The notes below the pieces were generated by a model that was not told the origin of the DNA, ran no database searches, and saw only the letters and a program-made list of their open reading frames with translations. A program made the position numbers and the translations under genes. This document shows positions 8,954 to 16,907 of a stretch of DNA of 64,000 nt, in pieces. Source of the stretch: Thermodesulfobacteriota bacterium (GTDB lineage Bacteria; Desulfobacterota; Desulfobacteria; Desulfobacterales; C00003060); the NCBI GenBank assembly GCA_034189385.1, contig JAXHVD010000006.1, positions 112,300 through 176,299 on the forward strand. Reading direction: 5' to 3'. Positions within the stretch are counted from its first letter, which is position 1; every line of letters starts with the position of its first letter.

Positions 8954-10315
8954 CTAAGGATTCTTACTTGTACCAAGGGTCTGGAGGACGGTCTCGATCA
9001 CTTCAGATGCCTCAGGGCTTTTTACCACGACTGCATCCGCACCGGCTTCCAGGGCGCGCTTTCGCGTTTCAGCCCGATGGTCGGCAGTAAATAGGACCAG
9101 TTTCGTATCCTTGCAGGTATCTACTGCACGCACTCGCCGACACACCTCTATGCCAGTTAGAGTGGGCAGCGTGAAATCGATCACTGCTGCCACTGGTTTT
9201 TCCCGAATGATCAGATCCAGCCCGTCTCCTCCATTGGTTGCGGTCATTGGATGAAATCCGACCTTCTGAAAAAGACGGGCATAGAGTCTCAATATTACCG
9301 GATTGTCGTCCACGATGACCAGCTTATTAGGTTCCAGTGGCGTCAGGGTGGGGCGGCTCTCGTCATCCTCCTCATAGTCAATCACCAAGAGCATGTCAGC
9401 CCCTTCCAGGACGGTCTCTCGGTCCGGGAAGATAAAATCTCGGCCGTTCTTGCGAAGCCCCATGATCTCCCGGCCCATCACCATGGAAACGGAGCGTATC
9501 GTTTCGCCCAACATGCTGGACCCCTCTTGGACACTTACCCATTGGGGGACTGCCTTGTGGCGGCGAGTCTCGTGCAATGTCGCCCGCTTCCGCGTAGCCG
9601 AAAGCACTTGCTCCGCGATCTGTTTGCCTGCAGTGGCAAAAGGTGAAATGACGTTATTCGCTCCACCGCGCAGTATCTTTTTCTCCGATGATGGATTCTC
9701 CGCCCGTGCGATGATGTGCAGCATAGGATTTAGATCCCGGGCAGTGAGGGCAGTAAAAAGATTGTCAGGGTCTGAATTGAGGAGGGCAAGAAGACCAGCG
9801 GCAGATTTTATTCCAGCCCCTAGCAATGTGGCTTCCCTCGTAGCGTCTCCTTCAACAATGAGATAGCCCTTCTCTCGAATCTTATGGGTCTGTGCTGCAT
9901 TAGCCTCGATGATGACAAAATCAGCGCCTGTTTCTCTGAAATACTCCGCAGCGGCCATCCCAACCCTTCCATAGCCACAAACAACATAGTGGGACTTCAG
10001 GCCAGAGATCTTCTTTCTCATTTTCCTTATCCCCGATTTACCACTCCAGACCTTTTCAAGGAGCGATTCAACTATGGCATGTCCAACAAATGCAAGGCCT
10101 CCAACGCCAACAAGGATAAGCACGGTGGTGAATCCCCGCCCTATCTCCGATAGCGGTTTTACTTCCCCGAAGCCTACGGTCGTGATGGTAATGACGGACA
10201 TGTAGAGGGCTTCAAAGAATGTGTAATCCTCAATGAGGATATAGCCTGAGGTCCCAATGGCAATAATACTCAGGCACAGCGTCAAAGCCATCGTGATGCG
10301 TCGACGCGAAGACAT
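8954..10315 (-). CDS. Two-TM K+ channel with TrkA-N/TrkA-C (RCK) domains and a C-terminal receiver domain
   Basis: Selectivity filter TITTVGFGE; RCK Rossmann HYVVCGYGRVG; TrkA-C-like SSMLGETI...GLRKNG..IFP; REC KLVIVDDN...VIDFTLP...LFTA...VVKS. Confidence 0.92.
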   Translation of the reverse strand: MSSRRRITMALTLCLSIIAIGTSGYILIEDYTFFEALYMSVITITTVGFGEVKPLSEIGRGFTTVLILVGVGGLAFVGHAIVESLLEKVWSGKSGIRKMRKKISGLKSHYVVCGYGRVGMAAAEYFRETGADFVIIEANAAQTHKIREKGYLIVEGDATREATLLGAGIKSAAGLLALLNSDPDNLFTALTARDLNPMLHIIARAENPSSEKKILRGGANNVISPFATAGKQIAEQVLSATRKRATLHETRRHKAVPQWVSVQEGSSMLGETIRSVSMVMGREIMGLRKNGRDFIFPDRETVLEGADMLLVIDYEEDDESRPTLTPLEPNKLVIVDDNPVILRLYARLFQKVGFHPMTATNGGDGLDLIIREKPVAAVIDFTLPTLTGIEVCRRVRAVDTCKDTKLVLFTADHRAETRKRALEAGADAVVVKSPEASEVIETVLQTLGTSKNP

Positions 10316-10468
10316 GACAAGGGCTTTCTACCTTCGTTGACAAAAACAAGACGGATTTTTTCCAGACCGTTGCCTCCATCCTCTTTCTCTCGGCGAAAGC
10401 CACTTCGCAATTCTGCAAGAGGCGGAATCAAGGCCTGATCCAGGCCATTCCAACAAGCCACGGTAAGC

Positions 10469-10484
10469 TGCAATTTCTGTGCCC
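10469..10484 (-). promoter_or_regulatory. Sigma-54 promoter candidate for the K+ channel-REC gene
   Basis: Minus strand GGGCACAGAAATTGCA, GG-N10-GC, ~150 bp upstream of ATG 10315. Confidence 0.5.
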
Positions 10485-10673
10485 CAGGGTCATTGGAGAT
10501 AGCAGACAAGCCCACGGAGCTATTTCACCGTTTCCTCAGCAAGATGTCGGCCCCAGTATATGGGGACTGTAGCTTCTATGAACCCGTAGGGCAGATCCCT
10601 AGTTCTTTTGGGCCACTGCTGCGCTGTTTCAGGCGGTTTCCTTATAAAAGCCACGTCACAACTCCCACCCTCA

Positions 10674-10691
10674 GTGTCAAACAATTGGCAC
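10674..10691. promoter_or_regulatory. Palindromic enhancer-like site between divergent sigma-54 promoters
   Basis: GTGTCAAACAATTGGCAC (core GTCAA-N4-TTGGC), similar to 2151-2164; a weaker copy GTCACAACTCCCAC lies 21 bp upstream. Confidence 0.45.
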
Positions 10692-10830
10692 AAAATCATC
10701 GTGCACCCGTTGGATAATTCTTTCAGGACTTGCCTGGATTTAGTCACCGGCTCGTTTCATGTTCCGTATTCTACGAGAAGTACAGACATTATTCTGCCTC
10801 TTACCTACAAGGCAACTGGCCTGTTTTGTC

Positions 10831-10846
10831 TGGCACAATTCTGGCA
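10831..10846 (+). promoter_or_regulatory. Sigma-54 promoter for the HTH-(pseudoMCP)-cheW-MCP unit
   Basis: TGGCACAATTCTGGCA, GG-N10-GC, ~52 bp before ATG 10898. Confidence 0.6.
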
Positions 10847-10897
10847 GGAAACTAGGAAAAGAAGAGAAAGGGATAAGCGTTTACGAGGAATGAATCC

Positions 10898-11116
10898 ATG
10901 AACACAAGACAGAGGCTTAGGAAGTTTGTATCCACTGGGGAGATCGCGGAAATGTTGGAGGTCAGCCCACGAACTATTAGAAACTGGATCAACAAAGGTG
11001 ACATCAAGGCATACAAGATTGGCCAGAATCTGAAGATCCCCGCGGCAGAAGTCGTTCAGATGCTTCAGCGCTATGATCAACCCATCCCCGAGTGGCTGAA
11101 AGGTGGGGATGCGTAA
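10898..11116 (+). CDS. Small HTH_17 (excisionase/MerR-like) DNA-binding protein
   Basis: FVSTGEIAEMLEVSPRTIRNWINKGDIKAYKIGQNLKIP; RBS GAGG. Confidence 0.88.
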   Translation: MNTRQRLRKFVSTGEIAEMLEVSPRTIRNWINKGDIKAYKIGQNLKIPAAEVVQMLQRYDQPIPEWLKGGDA

Positions 11117-11878
11117 CCTCCAACTCATGCCACATGGAAAAGCTAACACGGTTTTTCTGCTCATCGGCGAAGTCGGCATATCCACTTTCTAGGCGGTGGT
11201 CCCCATTGCCGACAAAGCAGAGGTCTCCTTCCTGGCTTGCCGATGCAAAGGGCTCGAAGATCGATACAGATGACCTTGGCGAAAAGTACCGGGCTGGTCA
11301 CTCGATGATCGTGCTCTCTTTCAAGTAGATTCTGGCTCGTGGCATAGTCACTCTGGCCCTTGCAGCGGGTGTCCATATCTTAGGTTCTATAACCAAGCCT
11401 ATCAGGGATCAAAAACGGGGTGAGTAAAGGGGTTGATTCCGGAACCCCTGCATCGGGGCAGGTGCCATCTTCCGGCCAAGATGTGGCTAGGGGGGCATCT
11501 TCATAGGCGCATCTTCATAGGCGCATCTTCATAGGCGGCATATCTGGAGGAGATGTCCTCTATGACTAGGCACAACGCTGACAAGGCTCATCAGGTCGAC
11601 AAATCAATGGATCACCATGGGTGACATATCCAAGGCAAGGGAGGAGGCTTCTAAGATCATCAAGACTATCGATAAGAGCCTCTCAGACGAATCTTTTGGC
11701 CCTCAACGCTGCCATTGAGGCAGCCAGGGCAAGAGAGGCCGGCAGGAAGACCGGTAGGTGCGCAAAGAGGGCCCAGCGAAAAGGACCGAGGCCTATGACA
11801 TCATGGCCAGCATGTAGGGAATGGAAATCCTAATCAGGCCGTTCCCAGGTAATGATGGTTTCAAGGATTTCCGATGAA
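11109..11878 (+). pseudogene. Methyl-accepting chemotaxis protein pseudogene, a paralogue of 12492-13664 with large internal deletions
   Basis: ATG 11109 overlaps the HTH stop. Nucleotide fragments are co-linear with the downstream MCP (e.g. CTGGAGGAGATGTCCTCTATGAC vs CTTGAGGAGATGTCGTCCATGAC). It retains [16 protein letters not shown] and a terminal GGTTTCAAGGATTTC (vs AGTTTCAAAGATTTC), with multiple stops and frameshifts. Confidence 0.85.
11495..11536 (+). repeat. Perfect tandem repeat, 3 x 14 bp (GCATCTTCATAGGC), inside the MCP pseudogene
   Basis: Copies at 11495, 11509 and 11523. Confidence 0.95.
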
Positions 11879-11895
11879 GAGGAGGAACAAGACAA

Positions 11896-12408
11896 ATGGC
11901 AGAATCGGCAAAAGCAATGGACCAAACAGGAGAGGCAATGGCAGAGAGGGAGGGAAAGTATCTTACTTTTTCTTTGGACAACGAGGAATACGGGATAGGC
12001 ATCCTAAAGATCAAGGAAATCATCGGGATGATGCCCATCACCACCGTTCCCCATACACCGGACTATGTAAAAGGCGTGATCAACCTACGGGGCAAGGTGA
12101 TCCCAGTGGTAGACCTGCGGCTTAGGTTTGGCATAGAGCCCGCCAACTACACGGATAGAACCTGCATCATTGTGGTTGAGATCTTAAGTCAATCCGGTAC
12201 CGTCCTGATGGGAATCGTGGTGGATTCGGTTTCGGAGGTATTGAATATGAAGGCGGGAGAGATTGAGGAAACCCCCACGTTTGGAATCAAGCTGGATACT
12301 GAATACATCCTCGGGATGGCCAAGATGGAAGGCGGCGTGAAGATTCTGCTCGATATTGATCGAGTCCTTAACGCGGAAGAGATAGCGGCCATGGGAAAGG
12401 CGGCATAA
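11896..12408 (+). CDS. cheW: Chemotaxis coupling protein CheW
   Basis: KYLTFSL..EEYGIGILKIKEII..ITTVP..PDYVKGVINLRGKVIPVVDLRLRFG..GIVVDSVSEV. Confidence 0.96.
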   Translation: MAESAKAMDQTGEAMAEREGKYLTFSLDNEEYGIGILKIKEIIGMMPITTVPHTPDYVKGVINLRGKVIPVVDLRLRFGIEPANYTDRTCIIVVEILSQSGTVLMGIVVDSVSEVLNMKAGEIEETPTFGIKLDTEYILGMAKMEGGVKILLDIDRVLNAEEIAAMGKAA

Positions 12409-12491
12409 CAATGACGGCATTGTCCCGTTCCGCACCTGCCTCAGATGAGAAAAAAGGACGGCAACATGACTGACATCAAGGAGACTAAAGC

Positions 12492-13664
12492 ATGTATAAG
12501 GATTTGAGTGTAGACAAGAAGATTACATTGGGATTCGGCTTTCTTATTCTGTTGGCTGCTGGAAGCGGGGGAATATGTGCGTGGAAAATCTGGTCAGCGG
12601 ACATGGCCCTTGGCACCCTCATGGGGACCATGAGTGTAATCATCCTGGTCTTTGGTTCGTTACTGGCATTCTACATTGTGCGCAGTGCCACCAAACCCAT
12701 GAGCCTGATCATTGAAGGTTTGAATGAAGCGGCAGACCTGGTAGCATCTGCCTCTGGACAGGTATCCTTAGCCAGTCAAGAGTTGGCTAAAGGGGCATCC
12801 TCCCAGGCCGCATCTCTTGAAGAGACGTCTTCGTCTCTTGAGGAGATGTCGTCCATGACGAAGCAGAATGCCGACAACGCAAACCAGGCAGATGGTTTGA
12901 TGAAAGAGGCCAATAAGGTAGTGGAGCAAGCAGATGCTTCCATGGACAAACTCATCGTATCTATGGGGGAGATCTCCAAGGCAAGTGAAGAGACCTCCAA
13001 GATTATCAAAACCATTGACGAGATAGCCTTTCAGACCAATCTGTTGGCCTTAAACGCTGCTGTGGAGGCTGCCAGGGCCGCCGAGGCCGGTGCCGGGTTT
13101 GCGGTCGTCGCCGATGAGGTTCGGAACTTGGCCATGCGCGCGGCCACGGCAGCCAAAGATACGTCAGAACTGATTGTGGACACGGGAAAAAAGGTGGCTG
13201 CTGGATCAGAGCTCATGACCAGCACCAATGATGCCTTCCAAGACGTGGCCCGAAGCGCTGCCAAGGTAGGGGAGTTGGTTGCAGAGATTGCTGCCGCCTC
13301 CCAAGAGCAGGCGCAGGGAATTGAGCAGGTAAACAAGGCCGTGGCCGACATGGACCGAGTGGTTCAACAAAATGCCACCAATGCAGAGGAGTCTGCTTCT
13401 GCCTCTAAGGAGATGAACACTCAAACCGAAGAGATCAAGGCAGGCATAGGACACTTGGTATCTATCGTTGGCAGTGGGGCTACCAATGAAGCAAAGGGTG
13501 AACCGCCACCTGGCCTGGAGGGCGGTACTGGACAGGAAAAGACTTTAGCAGCCGATTCTGTGAAAGAGGTGGAAGCGACACAGGGACTTGCCCTTGGAGG
13601 TGAAGAAGACACTCCTGAAGAGGTCATCCCCCTAGATGATGATGACAGTTTCAAAGATTTCTAG
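12492..13664 (+). CDS. Methyl-accepting chemotaxis protein
   Basis: Two N-terminal TM helices, [41 protein letters not shown] signalling hairpin, C-terminal pentapeptide-like SFKDF. Confidence 0.96.
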   Translation: MYKDLSVDKKITLGFGFLILLAAGSGGICAWKIWSADMALGTLMGTMSVIILVFGSLLAFYIVRSATKPMSLIIEGLNEAADLVASASGQVSLASQELAKGASSQAASLEETSSSLEEMSSMTKQNADNANQADGLMKEANKVVEQADASMDKLIVSMGEISKASEETSKIIKTIDEIAFQTNLLALNAAVEAARAAEAGAGFAVVADEVRNLAMRAATAAKDTSELIVDTGKKVAAGSELMTSTNDAFQDVARSAAKVGELVAEIAAASQEQAQGIEQVNKAVADMDRVVQQNATNAEESASASKEMNTQTEEIKAGIGHLVSIVGSGATNEAKGEPPPGLEGGTGQEKTLAADSVKEVEATQGLALGGEEDTPEEVIPLDDDDSFKDF

Positions 13665-13825
13665 TGGATCACCTGCGCCGACACCGTGGATCAATTCTTG
13701 CCTTCCGGTAAAGAGAGTGGAGATAAAGGGAATGTGGGTTCAGGGAAAAGCCTTGGTCACGTTAAGGTCTCAACTGAAAAAAGGTAGGAGAGGTGATTCC
13801 TCATGTGGGGCTAAATGCCCCCCGG

Positions 13826-14266
13826 CTAGTGAATGGTGATTTTCCCCTGAGCTGTTCTCCTCGCCAACTCCAAGGTCCCTTTCATGATGTCCTTCGTCTT
13901 TTCAGCGGTTTTTCTCAATCGCCTGAGATTTGTCTCAAAATTCTCAAGGGCCTCTTGGGCAGCCTTCATGTGGCCCCTTCTTTCAGTCCGCATGCTATCT
14001 ATTTTGAGGAAGTCCTTATAGGCATCAAGAATCTTCCTGTTCATGGGCGAGAGCTCGCCTATTTCCATCTCCAGCACATAATAATTCGATCTGTGATGGC
14101 TCACAAATCTGCAACCAGTAATCGTTCCGGTGAGCGAAAAAGACCTCAGGAGGATGCCTTCAGGTAATCTTACTTCAAGCTCTGTCTTCGTTCCCACTTT
14201 ACTCGGTGCATCCGCATAAAAGGTCACTGTTCCCTCTGTGAATTCGATCAATTCGTCCATCATCAT
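13826..14266 (-). CDS. Hypothetical protein with a PilZ-like beta-barrel and C-terminal coiled coil
   Basis: RBS GGAG/AAGGG before ATG 14266; VGTKTELEVRLP..FSLTGTI..YYVLEMEIGELSPMNRKILDAY follows the PilZ pattern, but there is no RxxxR motif. Confidence 0.6.
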   Translation of the reverse strand: MMMDELIEFTEGTVTFYADAPSKVGTKTELEVRLPEGILLRSFSLTGTITGCRFVSHHRSNYYVLEMEIGELSPMNRKILDAYKDFLKIDSMRTERRGHMKAAQEALENFETNLRRLRKTAEKTKDIMKGTLELARRTAQGKITIH

Positions 14267-14316
14267 GTGACTCTCAACCCTTTCTCCGGAATGGACCCAC
14301 CGGTGCCATAGTTGTT

Positions 14317-14332
14317 TGCAACCACAATGCCA
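14317..14332 (-). promoter_or_regulatory. Sigma-54 promoter for the PilZ-like gene
   Basis: Minus strand TGGCATTGTGGTTGCA, near-consensus, ~50 bp upstream of ATG 14266. Confidence 0.7.
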
Positions 14333-14659
14333 GTCCCGGGCTTTTGCAGTTATGACACATTTATTCAAATAGTTATGTCAACTTAAGAGGTGCTTTCACG
14401 TCATTGTGTCAGGTCGCGCTAGCCTTATTTTGAGAGAATAGGCGGTCCCTTCCCTCATTATGATTGACAAAAACCATGGAAGTCGGCTTGCGGTTGCCGG
14501 CACACGGAAAAGGAGAGCTGGTGTGTCAACGAAAAGCGCAACAGAGTGCGCCGCGGTCTAGGCAACGTAACCATTTGCGATTATAAAAAGCTCCGCTTCA
14601 AGACCTCTAGGGGGACCACTGTCATAAACAAGCTGTCACCTGCCCTTTGACCTTAAGAA

Positions 14660-14675
14660 TGGCGCACTAGTTGCT
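14660..14675 (+). promoter_or_regulatory. Sigma-54 promoter with no downstream ORF (candidate sRNA promoter)
   Basis: TGGCGCACTAGTTGCT, GG-N10-GC. Confidence 0.6.
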
Positions 14676-14684
14676 GATAAGATG

Positions 14685-14775
14685 TGTAAACGGTAGCAAG
14701 GCCTTTTCGGTTTGTTGCTTCTTACCCACCCTTGAACCCTGTTAGGCTTTCACTCGCTTAACAGGGTTTTTCTTT
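14685..14775 (+). ncRNA. Candidate sigma-54-dependent small RNA (~90 nt)
   Basis: Starts ~12 nt after the -12 GC; 5' hairpin GTAGCAAGGCC/GGTTTGTTGC, C/U-rich linker, then a plus-strand terminator; both flanking genes are on the minus strand. Confidence 0.55.
14735..14775 (+). terminator. Rho-independent terminator (plus strand, orphan)
   Basis: AACCCTGTTAG / TTAACAGGGTT stem followed by TTTCTTT. Confidence 0.75.
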
Positions 14776-14928
14776 GTCCCAAAATTCTATCGTGATTTAG
14801 TAAGATTATCCGTTAATTAGCAGGTTATAGCGCCAATTCCCTTTACAAGCCCGAGGAAAAAGCGTCACCTCGCCTTTACCACATCTTTCCTGGGGCTCTG
14901 ATTTCAAGAGATACTGACTAGTTTCTGT

Positions 14929-16455
14929 CTACCACGCAGGCACTCTCACCTCTTGGGTCAAGCTTACAGCAGCGCCATGGTTGTCAGCCGCAGTGAGTTT
15001 TACTACAAAAATGCCCGGGACTTTGTATGTATGCGTGACGGTTTCCCCTGAACCAGTGGTGCCGTCGCCAAAATCCCAGCCGTAGTGTGCGATATATCCA
15101 TCTGGGTCTGTGGCACTTCCTGTAAATGACAGGGCAAAGGGGCTGCCACCTACGGGAGAGGCAAAGATTGCGACCTGGCGGGGCGGTTTGTTCGAGGCTT
15201 CTTCGGAAATTTTGGTTCGTGTCTTCAATTCATAGGAAACTTCAGGAACCTGCATGGGCCTTATCTCCTCTATTCCACCTCTCCTGCAGGCCCAACCCCC
15301 CAACTCTATCCCAACAACCACCGCATAGTTGCTATCGTCTTCCATGTACCCGCTGTTATAACTGGCTAGAAGAAACGCGTTCGTACCTGCTACAAAGGGG
15401 TAGGCCACTTTAAGGTGGCCCGTGCCCTCGTCATCGTCTGCTCGGACGACTCCCAAGTCCCCGTCCACCAACAGGCCGTTTTCAAAGGCATAATCAAAAT
15501 GGAGTCCATACTTGTCCCGAACCTTCAGGTAGGTGTCTGTAACAAGAAGATCTGAGGCTACGTAGCGCTCCGTGGAGGATATGTTGTCGTCAGAGTCTAG
15601 CGCTTCTGTCATAAAGGCTCCAACACTCCCCCAGTCAAACAGATAGGCTCCCACAAGGCTCAACTGGCTCAGACTTGCTGTGTCGTCATAGTCATCAAGG
15701 TCTGCAAATTTCAGTGACCCGAACAGGCCAACTTGAAACCGCTTGTGTTTGCCGACCATGCCTGCGTCCACCTGATATTCTCTCAGGGTGTCGTTGATGT
15801 TGGCCCTTACCCCGCCTTGAAAGGCACCCTTTTCGTGAAAGGGGAAAAAGAGCCTTCCGTCCAAGGTGCCTGTGAGATCTCCATCATCAGACCCAATACC
15901 TACGGAAAGACCAGCCTTGTGGTTACCTAGCCGCAGCACCTTTGTTTTTTCTAGAACCCTTTCGCCTGAAGGCTGGATGGAAGGCCCGGCAACTGCAAGG
16001 GGTTTCACAAGCACGTTGTCTTTGTAAAAGAAAACCTTCTTTCCATGGTCTATCTTATAGATGCTGAACACGGCGCGCCTGTTTTGGAAACGGCCCGCCT
16101 TGGTTTCGTTACCGGCCTTTGGTAAGGCCTCTCCGTAAGCCTCAACACGGATTCTCTCCGGGGCAACCCCTTGGTCTATGAGCCTCTTCTTCACGGCCAA
16201 GGCCCTTTCAGAAGAAAGCCCGCGGTTGTATTCGTCTGGACCCAAGGTGTCTGAATGCCCCCCTATCTCCACAAAGAGATCGGGATCGCTGTCAAGTATC
16301 TTCGCAATTCTTGAAAACTGTTTTAGATCATCCACTACTATACTGGAATCAAAAGCAAAATTGATGTCCTCAAGGCCAGGTTCTTCAGCCCCTATGCCGG
16401 CCGGAAAAAGGAACACCAAGGCCACACAAATTGCCATTTTCTTTACTGACATCAT
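14929..16455 (-). CDS. Outer-membrane protein: signal peptide, OmpA-like PG-binding domain, predicted beta-barrel, C-terminal PKD domain
   Basis: DINFAFDS, GGHSD, YNRGLSSERA, YGE, QNRRA (OmpA); ~12 amphipathic strands; NKPP...DPDG.I..Y.WDFGDG..G..VTHTY..PG (PKD). Confidence 0.85.
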   Translation of the reverse strand: MMSVKKMAICVALVFLFPAGIGAEEPGLEDINFAFDSSIVVDDLKQFSRIAKILDSDPDLFVEIGGHSDTLGPDEYNRGLSSERALAVKKRLIDQGVAPERIRVEAYGEALPKAGNETKAGRFQNRRAVFSIYKIDHGKKVFFYKDNVLVKPLAVAGPSIQPSGERVLEKTKVLRLGNHKAGLSVGIGSDDGDLTGTLDGRLFFPFHEKGAFQGGVRANINDTLREYQVDAGMVGKHKRFQVGLFGSLKFADLDDYDDTASLSQLSLVGAYLFDWGSVGAFMTEALDSDDNISSTERYVASDLLVTDTYLKVRDKYGLHFDYAFENGLLVDGDLGVVRADDDEGTGHLKVAYPFVAGTNAFLLASYNSGYMEDDSNYAVVVGIELGGWACRRGGIEEIRPMQVPEVSYELKTRTKISEEASNKPPRQVAIFASPVGGSPFALSFTGSATDPDGYIAHYGWDFGDGTTGSGETVTHTYKVPGIFVVKLTAADNHGAAVSLTQEVRVPAW

Positions 16456-16635
16456 GACCTCCTTTTGAAAAAAGGCGACTATCTGCGCAGAATTTCAAAA
16501 AAATGTGTCTCCTCAACGCGTAGAAACAAAGACCAAAGGCCCCCTATAGTAAGGTTAAAATGAACTTTCAAGCAAAATTATGATAAGATGGAAAACAGTG
16601 ACAGACTCATCCTCCCTGAAATGGACAGGAGAGAC

Positions 16636-16881
16636 ATGACCGACAATCACAGAGGGAAAGCCGTGGACGACAGAGAACGAGACGTGTGGAGGGTCTTGGG
16701 AAATGTCCTCTTGGTGTTAGGTGTGGGCGTGTGGGGCCTTTACGCCGTTCTTCGCTTCGGGGCCGGCTGGAATGTAACGGCAGGGCAATTCTTACCTTTT
16801 CACCTGGCAGGCGTGGTACCCGGTGCAATACTCCGGCGCCATCGGTTTTTTAGCAAAATGGTGCGCCGTCTGCGATCCTGA
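16636..16881 (+). CDS. Small two-TM membrane protein of unknown function
   Basis: RBS AGGAG before ATG 16636; two hydrophobic segments and a basic tail. Confidence 0.6.
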   Translation: MTDNHRGKAVDDRERDVWRVLGNVLLVLGVGVWGLYAVLRFGAGWNVTAGQFLPFHLAGVVPGAILRRHRFFSKMVRRLRS

Positions 16882-16907
16882 ACCCTCATATGGAGTGGCT
16901 TTCTTCC

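Noticed and set aside
10898..11116. Excisionase as evidence of a prophage or ICE
   Set aside because: No integrase, att repeats or phage genes; the context is chemotaxis
11495..11536. Direct repeats as a possible CRISPR array
   Set aside because: Units are 14 bp and contiguous with no spacers, no cas genes are present, and they derive from MCP coding sequence
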